Notes under the pieces: generated by a model
The model's input: the letters and a program-made list of their open reading frames with translations, nothing else
Told to the model about the DNA's origin: nothing
Databases searched by the model: none
Made by a program: the position numbers and the translations under genes
From: Paraspadella gotoi
Lineage: Eukaryota; Animalia; Chaetognatha
DNA: 64,000 nucleotides
Assembly: GCA_051294375.1 (NCBI GenBank)
Contig: CM119266.1
Location: 8,084,606-8,148,605 of the forward strand
Direction of reading: 5' to 3'
Part shown: positions 12,713 through 25,182 of the stretch, piece by piece
Position numbering within the stretch: position 1 is the first letter of the stretch
Layout of the letters: the number at the start of each line of letters is the position of its first letter

Positions 12713-14371
12713 AAATAATGGACTAAAAGTAAAAACAGCAACAACATCAACTGACCCAAAATGTCTGGGGCGACGGCCTTGGCGACAATCGGGACGGATA
12801 GGATCGCGTCGAGATTCATTGAAGGACAATCGACGACGAGGGCGAAGTCGTAGGCGCCCGCGGAACTCGCCATCAGTTGGACCTTTACGTCGCAGCATCC
12901 CTACAGGGCGGGTTGAGAGAGGTGAGGCAGAGTCGCGACTCTCTTCAAACTCCTCGCCGACTCACCCTTGGCTCTACGTGACCCTCGTCCGGCGTGAGGG
13001 TGAAATCCGTATTGACGCCGCCATCCTGACGTGGGACGCGAAGACGAAAGGACACGCCCACCGTCGAAGTGTTGTGGAGAGACATGGAGTGGGTGAAGGG
13101 AAAACCGAAGGCCACCTAGAAGAAGAAGTGTGAACAAGAAAAAACAACTACCACAATAACAACAACGACTATAACAACAACTAGAACGTCGACTTACGGT
13201 TCCGAAGTTGAGCTTGGGCATGTCGAAGTGGAGGGCGGGCCCAACGACGGTTCCGCTGATGATGAGGCGAACGGGGATGGGAGAGGCGTCGACGACGCAC
13301 GTGGCTTCCTCCGCGAAGTCGCCCAGGATCTCCGCGTGGAAACTCAGCTTCAGCGCTTGGAATCCGGCTTAAGGGGGAGCAGGAGCCGGAGCAGGAGCAG
13401 CCGGGGAAAGTGAGGATTTCAATCTCTGCCGACGTTAACCCCCCCCGCTTCCGCTGCCGCCCCCCGGACTCACCAGGCGCGACGATCCCTTCCGGCGGAT
13501 CGAACTTGAACTGGCGCTGATCGGGAGAGGCGAGGACGAAGGCGGCGGCGATGTCGCCCTTGTTGGCGAGGACGATCTCGTAGTCGTGAGAGGAGCCGAG
13601 GAAGACGTCGCCGAGATTCACGGTGGAGACGTTGAACTCGAGTCTGGAAGGGCATTGAAAACTAATTTATACATTGTTCAATAATTTCCTATTAATATTT
13701 GACTTATGATAATCAATTAATCATGTTAATGTATTTTGCACTTTAGCACTAGTAATCCCAGCCTGGACCCAGGTTCCCAATTCCCACCCCAATAGCAGAC
13801 CTTGGCCCCATCCCATCGCCTTTGATTCGCAGAGGAATCCGCGCTTCCCGTCCCGTAATGTCGAGGAAGGCCGTTCGGACGAAGGAGTCGGCTTTGTCGG
13901 GGCGAAACACAACCGTCACCTGGCGAGGAAAATAGGGAGGCGTGTTAGGAGTTAATTCATGAGAAGTTTGTTAATGTATCTCGTTAAGTTTTCATTGAAA
14001 AAAAGTACATTTAATAAAATAATTCTAATTAATTTTGTAAATTTAATTTAAAAAAACAAACATTAGTACTAGCCTCAAGAGTAGAATTGGGCCAGACTTC
14101 TCCATCCGTCGGTTCTAGAGTCACGACGTCGTCTTCGAATAGAAGTGGATTCGTCTCAACTTCCTATCCCAGGAAAGTAAATGAATAAAAATTGTCGAAT
14201 TACAAATTTTTAGTTATTTACTTCGCGAAAGTTTTTTGTTAGATAAACTTCAAGCAAAATTCACGGCAGGGGTAGCCACAAAGACAGACCGGTTTGGGTC
14301 GACCAAGAAAAAAACAAAAGATTTTTAACTCACGAAAAGCAAGTCTTTCAGTCTCACTCAAACTCACATTC

Positions 14372-14460
<89 letters not shown>

Positions 14461-16597
14461 CTCTTCCTCTTTCCCTCTCTCTCTCTCTTTTTTTCCCTTT
14501 TCTCTCTCTCCTTTACCCTAATCTTTGTCTTAAAAGTCCTGGCGAGGATGGCCATCTTGTCGTCAAGTCCTCCGGCGGAGGCGGCGGCGTCGGCAAAGCT
14601 CTCAAGGAAGTGGTGCCGCTCCTCTCGTTCCTCCTGCTCCACCAGCGCCGTCCGCATAAGTCGGTGCTGCTGCTCCTCCTCCGGCGATGCGAAGGGGACC
14701 CATTTAAATCTGGAGAGTAAAGGGAGTGATGAGCATTTGAGCACGTCCCCTTAACTTCCTGTCCGTCCCCTGCAGCCCCAAAGATAGGATTTCGCTCCTC
14801 ACTTTGCTATAACGTCGCTCCTGTTGACGATGGTCACGCTCCTCTGATTCGCCATCGCGATGAAAGTCGAGTCGATTTTGATAGAGTTTTTATCGAGGCG
14901 GACGTTCGCGTCGAAGGACGTCGCGCAGAGCTGATATTCGTAGGAAGGAGTTTTAATTATTTAAAAATTATTTAGCTGATTAAGTAATGATAAATATTCG
15001 AATTCCCCCTCGTTTTATTCTTACCTTTACGACGAGCGACTCCCCGGACGCGAGGCCGACCAAGAGTTTCCCCGTCTGAGTCCCGAGTTTCTCTGATCGA
15101 TAATCGACGGAGACTTGGATGCTCTCGCCTGGCGACACCACGCCCTCCGTGGGCGAGACCGAGAACGGGCTGGAGGCGGGAAAGAGTTTCGAACATTAAA
15201 AACAAAAAAGAAAGGAAAGATAAGATAAGAAAAGAAAAGAAAAGATAAGATAAGATAAGATTAGTTAAGTGAATCTAATACCTGGAAGTAGTGAGGTTGA
15301 ATCGACCCAGAAAGGAGCCGATGTTTCTGATCAGCAGAGTTCGCGTCGACTTAAACTTGACGGGAGTTTCCTGTAGAAGGGGAAACGAAAGTCGTTATCG
15401 TTTCGTCATCATCAATCATCATTCATCATTAAATTCATTATCTTTATCATCGATGACCTGAAAGTAGAGTTCGTCGGGGAAATCGAGAAGCGGTCGAGCG
15501 CCGATGGCGCGAATCGGGACGACGAACTTCTCTCTCTCCGTGATGCATATGGCTTCGTGGTCGTAATCCTGACAAGATATGACATGAAATGTTATCCCAA
15601 AAAATAAGGTTTAAATTCGAATCATTTCAAGCCTTGACGCGCGCTGACCTTTTGTTCGTCGGGAGTGAAGAGGATCTTGAAGGCGGCGGCGCAACCGGGC
15701 GCGACTTTGTGGCCGACGTTGTCGGGACTCACGATGCGGAAGTAAGGAGTGTCGGCCTGTTCCACTTTGATCAGTCGCGGGATCTGGAATCGAAGGGGCC
15801 GAAATTACAAAATTATTTAGGCAAAAATAACGTTAAACAATATATATATATATATATTAATAATCGTTGTTGAAAAGTCATACTCAATCACTCAATCACA
15901 GTCACAGTTGTACGAGAATTCAGCACATGGAACCTCCTGGGATTGGTGGGTGCGTGGCAGGTGCATATCTCTTTATTCGAGACGGCACCGCACTCCCATA
16001 CCACCCCCCCAACACCACTCCCATTCTGCCCCCCCCCCATCCAAGACTAACGCAGTCGCTGTTCCGCAGCAGCAGCGGAATCTCGTAGGTACGCGTCGGT
16101 ATAAAGTTTTGAAAGTACATCTCCGAAGGGAAGGGCTGAAATAGAGCGCAGTCCACTTCGACCCCGGAGAACCTCTGCAAGGTGTGCTCGGCCATGTCGA
16201 GGAGTTGGGTGATGCGCGGGCAGCGCATGTCCTTCGTGGCTTGAAGGCGCTCCTCCGTCGACATACGCATCAGCTTGATGAACTCAGAGGGGGATATCTG
16301 GTTGGAGGAAGGGAATGGATTGAAGGAGATATTGATAGATGAATGGATATAAAATTATAAATATAGAAAGTTAATACGTAGATAGATAGAATGATATATA
16401 GATAGATGGATAAATAGATAAATGGTTGAACGATCGGGTGTATCATTTAATTTACTCACAGTCGAGAACTGATCCAGGGAAGGTTTGACCATCCTGGGAT
16501 TCATCGGCGCCGCCACTTTACTGGTGAAAGCGTTGAGCCGCTCGAGCGGAAGACCCGAAAAGGTCTCCTGCGGCGGAGGCCCCGGTCGAGACGGCAT
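8638..16597 (-). CDS. HYDIN: Hydrocephalus-inducing protein homolog (central-pair axonemal protein), 5' portion only, about 1,027 aa in 21 exons
   Basis: Exons 16597-16460, 16297-16052, 15783-15649, 15568-15458, 15370-15282, 15169-15025, 14930-14803, 14709-14517, 14163-14074, 13919-13801, 13643-13474, 13367-13198, 13115-12966, 12900-12756, 12658-12496, 12420-12205, 12075-11918, 11760-11607, 11208-11098, 8961-8849 and 8773-8638. Peptides co-linear with known Hydin: LFQPFPSEMYFQNF, HKVAPG, CITEREKFVVPIRAIGAR, VRLDKNS, GEVWPNS, LNLGPHFS, TNRGRRFQQLYW, AEFIAPLLQFST. There is one phase conflict near 12650 and one GC donor at 14073. Confidence 0.95.
9463..10349. mobile_element. Non-autonomous DNA transposon (MITE) with TTAA target duplication, Kolobok/T2-like
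   Basis: TTAA|GGGGACCCAGTGA (9463-9479) and TCACTTGGTCCCC|TTAA (10333-10349) form 13-bp terminal inverted repeats with 12/13 match, flanked by TTAA. The interior is AT-rich and non-coding, and lies in the only multi-kb HYDIN intron. Confidence 0.65.
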
Positions 16598-16853
16598 CGT
16601 CTCGAGCGGTACTTATTGATTCCTAGTCTTGTTTACAGTTATTTTCCAAACGTTTCAAAATTTTCGTTATTATTTGTTTGGTAGTTTCATGGTTGCGATG
16701 GCTTAAGGCATGCTAGAAAAGAGACCATTTCGAAAATTATATATTCATTCATTATTAACGAAAATATGACGTAGTCACAATACGAAATACTTAATTTATA
16801 ATTAAAATTTAAAAAAAAGCGAAAGGAAAAAAAAATTGTTAAAAAGTTTCTGG

Positions 16854-16867
16854 GTTTCTATGGAGAC
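16854..16867. promoter_or_regulatory. RFX X-box-like motif upstream of HYDIN
   Basis: GTTTCT-AT-GGAGAC, about 260 bp upstream of the HYDIN ATG, is close to the GTYNCY-AT-RGNAAC X-box consensus of ciliary genes. Confidence 0.55.
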
Positions 16868-18531
16868 AAAGTCGACGCCAGAGAAAATCGGAGGAGAAAC
16901 AAAACAGCATCGGAAAAAACGCTCTTTGCTAAGTTTTTATGTATTTGTAATAGTATGAACTAAATTTTTGTACTTATTATTATCCTAAATAATAACAACG
17001 TTTAATACCACAGGTCATATAAATAGTCGATCCAAAATTTTCAATTTGTCTTTTCATTGGTTTGCTTCCTATTATGAGTAATGACGACACTACTCAAAAT
17101 TTGGCGGTATATGTACCTTTTCTGGACGGGACGACTTTGAATTTTGATACGACCTATCCCCGGTTTCGCCAACTGCCAAGAGCGAGGAATATTTTTCCAA
17201 CCCTTAGTCGTGGGATAAAAAAGCTCTTCCTTTCCTTCGCGCCATCGCTCATCAAAGCGCGAGACGATTGGGAAAGATTAACTCCTTGGAATGTAAACAT
17301 TTTTTTTTCAGCGCCTTTCTGTCGCGCTTCTTCTTAACTGAGACACACATCCTCCAAACTAAACTCGTTGTTTAATTTCAATGTTCCTATATAATAACGA
17401 CCTCATTCTCGACACTCGTATTTTCAGCCCATCTATCTTTTATGACAAAATATTCTCAGTTTGACAATTGCTTTGTCTTTTATTCTAACGAACATATTAT
17501 TCTTTTTATTTCCATAAAAAAAAGGAAAAAAAAGTTATTCCAAGCTTCGATTGTTTGACCTGTATTGAATATGCGGTAAACCAAATTACGAAACTGCATT
17601 GCCTAATTTTATCAATTATAAATTCCGCTAAAATAGTACTTTGTTCAAAAATTGCAACTGCAATTCGGATTTAGTCTTTATATTGTAAAAAAAAAAAAAA
17701 ATTAAGAAGTAGACATTGTGATAAAATTGCATCAACAACTCAATTGTAAAATACCATCGGTATCCAATCAAATAGCCTTTTTCTTGTAAATTCAGTCGTT
17801 AATAACGTAATAACGAGAGGAAGCTAAAGGTTTGTGAGACAGTTAAAAATATAATAGTGAGAGGGTATAAAAAATTAATAAATAGTAAACATGCAATTTG
17901 ATATTAATGAATGAAAAAGTGAAACGACATTTCCATTCCATAGAAGAAAACATTCGGTATCATTTTTTTCAAATTTTCTTCGATAGTGAACAAACATCCC
18001 ATCGACTATGTATGAAAAGAAACTAATTCAAGCTTTTAATTGATTATGTAACTAATAATTATTTATAAATACCCGGAATTCTTGAGAATCAATTTGGGAA
18101 AATTAAGCGATATTGACCGACGACTTTTTTGAAGGGCGGGGACTGGGAATCGTTAGGGTATCCTGATTGTACATATCATATTGTTAGTAAACATTTGTAG
18201 TAAACATAATGTTTGCATCAAAATATTGCTGGTTTTTAAAAGACACAACAAAATTTTTTAAAAAATTTAAAATAGAAAAAAAATATATAAAAAAAGATTA
18301 AAGTACTTTATTTTACATTGTTTCATAATTAATATTTTCAAATGTAAAAATAAAAAATACATTTTATAATCATTACACATTACGTTATACCTATTATTAC
18401 TATTATTTTGAAACTCTATTCCAATCCACTCCAGATGATGACGGACAGATTTCCGCTGAGCTGCTGTTCCAGTGTTCCAATTGCAAGGCGTTTTCGTTTT
18501 CACACTTCGAGATGTCCATGGCCGCTTCCAC

Positions 18532-19982
18532 TCAGCTACACTTCCAGATGACCATGGCCAAGTTGCCGCCGAAACACATGTAAAGAAGGTTTTTGACTTC
18601 GTGCGTGAGTTCGAACCCAAAACCTTCTCCCACGACGGCGTGCCACGAGGCCCCGAACTTCTTGTCCATCGTCTCTTTGATCATTCGCGCCGCCGCCTGA
18701 AGGCATGGTGAAGCATGGTAAGGCATAGAAATGAGTCACAGAATAGCATCTGGAATATGACTCTACATTATACATTGTACAATATGTAAACAATGAGTGT
18801 ATGATATACGAAGTATCTGATGACCATAGCTGATTTTACTTTAAATTTTAAATTTTACTTTAAATATTATCAATTTATCATTTCAACTTTTATCAAGAAA
18901 TTTTTTGCTTTCCGTTCTTGTTTTAAAGCGAATTATTGTTTTTGTTAACCTTCCAAAACATGTCATAAATTAAGAATAGTTCATGAAAGTCGTTATGATA
19001 AAATTTATGAAAACTCACCTCATTGTTGTTGGTGAATTTTTCACAAGCCGTCACGCAGAGTTCCATCGTCTCGGTTCTCATCTCCTCGTTCATGTCGGAA
19101 TGCTTTTTTAAGCAAGGTGATGGAGAAGAAAACGGAAGGGACAGGGTTAGGGAAAGAGCGTGGCCTTAGAAACGTTTATCCGGTCAAGAAAGTTTTAAAA
19201 AATGTATTCGTTTCAAAATTGAATCGTTTAAATATTCGATATTATCAATACGCGAATTAATTCAAAGTGCACTTTGTGTACATTTTCAGCGATGGAAGTT
19301 TTCATTCTACAATTCCCACCCCCCCCTTCCAGGAATGGCATCGAGTCGGAACAATGACCCCACAGGGAAGGAGGAAACTCAATGTCTCATTAGAGGGAAA
19401 AAACCCTCCCCTCGCGGCCAATTTCGGTAATGGGGCGTCGCCTGAGTCGCGTCGCCGGCGACGGGCCGATGACATTTTGGAAAGAAGAATGGGGGTGGAA
19501 AGAAAAATGAAAAGAATGAAAAAAAATTTTAGAAAGAAAAAGAAAACTGGGAAAGTGGAAAGAGAAGAACTGATTTGAAAGAAAAAAAAATTTTAAAAAA
19601 GAAGAAGAAGAAAAGAGGAAAGGAAAGTCCCGAACGCACGCTTAGGCTAATGAAAATAATCGCGTTCTCGCGTTGAAGGAAAAAAAAAGAAAGGAGATAG
19701 TTGAATGGAATGCCGGAAGGAAGGGATTGCCGAATGGCATGCCGGAAGGAAGGGATTGCCGAATGGAATGCCGGAAGGAAGGGATTTGCCGAATGGCATG
19801 CCGAAACGGAGAATGCTGCAATGGAAAGCTGGAATGATGATCAAGATAGGCATGTCCGAGGGAAAGTTGTTAAATGGCATACCCAGAATGTGTATTGCGT
19901 AATGGGAACTTACCCTGATGAGCGGGTAAGTGTGAACCCGTCGTGACTCTTCCTCACCCGCCTTTCCGTCGTCGTCGTCCAT
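18532..19982 (-). CDS. DNAL4: Dynein axonemal light chain 4 (105 aa, 3 exons)
   Basis: Exons 19982-19914, 19102-19019 and 18696-18532 give MDDDDGKAGEEESRRVHTYPLIRHSDMNEEMRTETMELCVTACEKFTNNNEAAARMIKETMDKKFGASWHAVVGEGFGFELTHEVKNLLYMCFGGNLAMVIWKCS, which matches the DNAL4 signature along its whole length. Confidence 0.97.
19703..19805. repeat. 29-bp minisatellite, about 3.5 copies, in DNAL4 intron 1
   Basis: The unit GAATGG(A/C)ATGCCGGAAGGAAGGGATTGCC starts at 19703, 19732 and 19761, with a partial copy at 19791. Confidence 0.9.
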
Positions 19983-20169
19983 CGTCTCCGCTGATTCCTT
20001 TGATTCCTTCCTTAATCCGAATACAATAAATAAAATAATTATGATAAATATCGAGTAATCAATAAAAAATTAAACGACGCCAAAATATAATAGGATTAAA
20101 GGGATGTTATTTATTTTTTTTTTTTACAGACATAAAAGGCGTGGCTTTTTATTTGTATCGTGACGCAAA

Positions 20170-20183
20170 GTTTCCGAAACAAC
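20170..20183. promoter_or_regulatory. Degenerate X-box-like motif upstream of DNAL4
   Basis: GTTTCC-GA-AACAAC, about 190 bp upstream of the DNAL4 ATG, has one good RFX half site. Confidence 0.35.
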
Positions 20184-20284
20184 TCTTTACGAGTTTTGAC
20201 CGTGCTGCTTATACGATTTACACTTCCAACAGAAAGACATTTAAACATTCAAAATAATTCTGAAATTACCCTCGGTAAAGATAA

Positions 20285-20375
20285 TAGACTTTGAGCTTTA
20301 TAAATTGTACACGGCTGCAAATTGTTAAAATAGACTGAACTTTATAAATTGTACACGGCTTCAAATTGTTAAAAT
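20285..20375. repeat. Two-copy about 45-bp tandem duplication
   Basis: CTTTATAAATTGTACACGGCT(G/T)CAAATTGTTAAAATA occurs twice head-to-tail. Confidence 0.85.
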
Positions 20376-20483
20376 ATCGATTAAAATCGAAAAAATAAAA
20401 TATTTTTTTCCCAGATCGAGAACATCAAAAGGATCCGAGTTTGTTGTCGTAGTCGTCGTCATGACGATTCTCTCTCTCTCTCT

Positions 20484-20591
<108 letters not shown>

Positions 20592-23500
20592 AGTTCGGCG
20601 GCGACGGATCGAATCTCGGATTCGAATTCCGAAACGAAAGAGGAAGTGGAACCAGTCGATATATTGAGAATTGAGGGGATGAGATGGTAGGATGAGGATT
20701 AGATGGGAAGACGAGGATGATATGGGAAGACGAGGTTAAAATGGGAACAAGTTGATAAGATAAGAAGTGGCTGACATGGGAGAATAAGTAAATAATATTA
20801 TGATGCGGGATGGAGATGGAAGATGAATATTAAAGAGATGAGTTAGGAATTTTGTGAGATGATATGGGAAAGTAAGAATAATGAGTTTTAATGTAAGTCA
20901 GGGAAATGTGATCTAGGCTTACGAGAAAATAAAATTATCTCGATATTCATTTTTCCAAATAGTTAAATGAAATATGTTCAATATGTGAAGTATTAGTAGA
21001 ACAGCCTCAAAAACGCTTAATTTTACTTTTCGATGAAAGTGCTAAACTATTTTCTTTTCTCTCTATTTGCTTCTTTTTCCTATTTTTCTATTGAATCTCT
21101 AAGAAAGCAAGAAAGAAAAAAAATAAAACGTCGAAAGGGAAAAAAAATTCCTTTTCATTAAAAATCTTTTTATTCATTGAAATTCTATCCTCATTATTAA
21201 TCTTATTGGTCGTTTGAAGGCAAAAATCTCCACCCGTCTTTTTCTCTTCCCCCATTTTTTTTTAAGAAAAAAAAGGGTCATTGTGGAGATTCGATCCTTT
21301 GACCTGGGAAATTGCATTGACCGATGAGACCAAAAGCAGCGTTGGTTTCCCTCGCGATCTCACGGTCTTTTCACCCCCTTTTTTTAGTCCCACCCTATAC
21401 AGGCTGTATAGGGTCGGCCTGACCCTTTTTTTCGTCCAATGGCCTTTGCGTCTATTTCGTTGCCCCTCCTTTCTTTTTCTTTCTTTTTCTTTCTTTTCCA
21501 TTTTTTTTCTCTGTTTAATTCTTTTCAATTTTCGTTTTTTTAGCTTCAGGGTTTTTATGAGTTGACAATGGAGGTTTTCTATTTTTAAAAATCAATTTGA
21601 TTAAAATGTAGCCGGACGTATTTCTTAAATTGTGCATGAACAAATTATGATTAATGTTACTGACCATATCAAACATTAGTTAAAAAATGATCAAAAATGT
21701 AAATTATAAAATATTTCTGACGACCTTTGACATTAAACATTATAATGATTATTATGACTAATATTATATATTTGTGAAAAGCAAGCGTTTAGATCAAGCC
21801 TACAAAACGCTAAGCCATAAACGCTGAAACGCCAGCGTTGACGTGAAACGAAGGACCTGCATACTATGAAATAATACTATTTAAACTGAAGGCTTTTCAT
21901 TGCCATTGTTATTCTTTGAGATTTTTTTTTCTTTAACAAAAAAGGGTGTGACACAAAAAAGGCTTTTGGCTGAAAAAAGTGACATGTAAAGAAAACACCT
22001 TAAGCTATAATATTAAGGTGGAGTTAAAAGGATTTTCTATTTTTAATCGCTTTCTTTTCAAGCGCTTACTCGGGAGCGCTTCAGCGTGCTGATTCAAGTA
22101 TCGCAACGCTGAAATAACGCTGCGTGCTGCCATCAATAATAATATTCTAACCAGCGCAGTATGAAATTAGAATCCAGTATAATAAAAATCTTTGAATTTT
22201 GATATCAAACTGTTTAACCATTTATTTAATATTGCTTAAAGTTTAACTTTAGTTAAGAAGCATCATAGTCCTACTAAAATCTGTTTATTAAAATAATGTA
22301 TGTAGGTGAAATTAGTTACCATGTTGAGACACAACTCTGAAAAAAAAAAGTGAAAGCGTCAGACTTGTTAAGAATTCACCCTGGCATCTTCTTTGCAAAC
22401 AGCGGCAATGACAGCTATAGAAATATAGGCTGATGCGTAGAACTCTTGTACGAGGATCCTTTTTACCTGCCATTTTTCTGAAGCGCTGCGAATGGAGCTT
22501 TGGCGTGGAGGGCAACCGCTCACATTTTGGGCGTTTCAGAAGCCATCCAACTGTATGTCTTGCCAACAATTTATGGTGATGCAGCAGTTGTGCGGGCTGA
22601 GACCTTGATGGAATCGAAAACAATTCCATATATAGAGATTGAATTGTACGCTTGTACCAAACACGCTCAGAAATGAATACCCCTAAAGAAGGGTGAATGC
22701 TTTCATTATAGTTAAAAGTGCCTGATCCATCATTTGCTCTCAGCGCTTCTTTGGCTGACTTCAGTTCTTTTATGAAAATAATGAATTGCTTATTTCAACC
22801 ATTTGCAAAGTGCCTCAAGGGAAAGGGGGATGGATGATGAAAAGAAAACAGAAGTATATCTTCATGAAATTTGACTACAACAATTAAATGTATTGCAAGT
22901 TAGATATGTTATACTTCTTACTTACTTCTTATTTTAGTTATACAAACACAACTCTTTAATTAAACAGTTAAATAGTTGATTTACTATTTTAAATAGTTAA
23001 ATTCAATGGTTAAGAAAGGAAATCAAAGTGTTTTTGCCATTGGGAAGCCTGGCAGCGCTGTACCTAATATTTACTTGAGTCTCACGCAGCGCTGTTTTGG
23101 AAATCGCTTGAATGAAAACCGAACCAAAGTGAATCTTGTAGAAATACAGAAAAAAGGTTTTAACACAGACAGATGGAAATTGTTATTTTGAGTGTGAATG
23201 TTGAATAGAAAAAAAAAAATTTAAGGTTTCTTTCCACTCAAAAAAAAATAGGCGTTCATTGTCCACGCTAATTAAACAATTTCACAGTGAGAGCTTGCAG
23301 ACATACCTTCATCACTCCATATTCATATAATTGTAACACCTGCTAGGAAACTGATTTTACAACCTTTATCTCTCTCTCTCTCTCTCAGATCATCTGATCT
23401 CCCGTAGTAAAGGCGCACGCCACGTGCAGAGAGACTGGCGTCGGCTAATGAGAAGGCCTTATTTAGATGAGTCCACTAACTCTCGGCGCGAGAGCAAGAG

Positions 23501-25110
23501 GAAGCTCCTCCTCAGCCGCTTTACTAATTACTCCCTCACACATTTAGAAGGCCGAAGCCAATGAGAGAACCGCCATTCCCTTCTACTTCCATTCAAGATC
23601 TTCTTCTCTCTATTTTTTTGCTCTTCTCTAAATATTTTTTTTTTAACTTTGGACATATTTGCCCGCCAAGACTTCATGTAACCACGGTATGTACTTTTTT
23701 TGTGGGACTGATATTAGTGGTTTAAGTGAGACCATTGTTTTTGTGAGAAAGGGAGAGAGAAATGGGACTAAGTAAAAGCATTTTTTTCAATTCAGTGGAG
23801 ACAAAGGAAAGGGATATTTTCTTTTCAACTTCACGACTTTAGTACAATGATAATTTCCTGAGGTTATATTTAGAAAACCTATGCTTAAGATCAAAACAGT
23901 TCAAAAACTAACCCTTGAGTACAAACCCTTTTAAGGATAATCATTTTTATTGAAATAAAGCGTTTATTTTAATTGTTGTGCATTTCTGCTTCGCTTCAAG
24001 CGTAATTTTTACCATTCACTCGATACTCTCGCTAAATTCAACGAAATGCGATGCGTTTAATATTTAGTAACAAATCAATTCTTTGCAGGAGATGGCTGCA
24101 ACGGCTTCCAGACTCTCCGAATTCTCAGCCTGTCTCGGTAGACACATTATGGTGACAAGCCCCAATAGCCGAAACTAAACAGCAGCTATTTTCATTGCAT
24201 CCCTCGCCTTGGCTCAGCGCTGAAATTTAGAGCCCAACCATTGTTGATCATGTTTTATGTAGTAAAAAATTGCTCACTGGGACGGTTTTCTTTGGGGCGA
24301 ATGAAAACTTCTTTAAGAAAAAAAATTATGCATACTGAAGAAGAGAATAGTATTGTTTGATTAAAACCTAAAAATAATGCTCCATTAGCATAAACAATAT
24401 CATTTTATACAGTCATTTTCGATTTTTATTTTTTTGATTGGTGGGTTTGAGCTTAAAATGAGTTTTAAACATCTTTGTTCTAGTTTTCATTTTTCTCCAG
24501 AGCTATTCATCCCATTTTTTTACCTCCCATGTTATAAGTTACCTCTGCTGAAAAGACTCCCCCTCTGAATGGCCGCTTCTGTTCGAGAATGGAACCGCTT
24601 TCCCTTTTCAAAAAAAAATAAAGTCGAGGGTTATTTTGACCTCAACTGAAAGAGGAACAATGAGTGATCAGCGCATTCAAGTTTTTTTTTTTTNNNNNNN
24701 NNNAAGGAGCCTTTCATAGCCTTTCGTTTCGCCGCGAGGTTTCGCTGTTTTAGTAAAGATTTAAGGTTAGCGTGACTTCACGGTTTTGATCGACCTCACG
24801 ATGGAGAGTTCCTTTTTTGGATGGGGAGGGTGTAAGGGCAACAACCTAATTACATTTAAAAAAATCTAATGAAATGGAAATCTATTGGATAGGATTATTC
24901 ATTATTGGTAAATTATTATTAAGAGGCGATTGAGAAAGAAGACTATAAACTTTTCTGTACCTAATGATGTTTTTTTACCTTAATCCATATATCTTGTCTA
25001 AATGAAGATTTAAATTTAACGGGCGAGCCCAAGAGCATGGCTTACAAACCTTAAAGAACACTATAATATATATTTTCATTTTTCTTTTAAATTCCTTTAC
25101 AAATAAGTTA

Positions 25111-25182
25111 TGTACAAAGTCAGGGGCAAGATAGCTCATTTATTATATCGATGGATAATTTTATATTGGTTGTACCAATTTA
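25111..25182 (+). repeat. Dispersed about 100-bp repeat family, copy 1 (5'-truncated)
   Basis: TGTACAAAGTCAGGGGCAAGATAGCTCATTTATT...TTGGTTGTACCAATTT matches the copies at 29385, 29701, 33893 and 37119. Confidence 0.85.
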
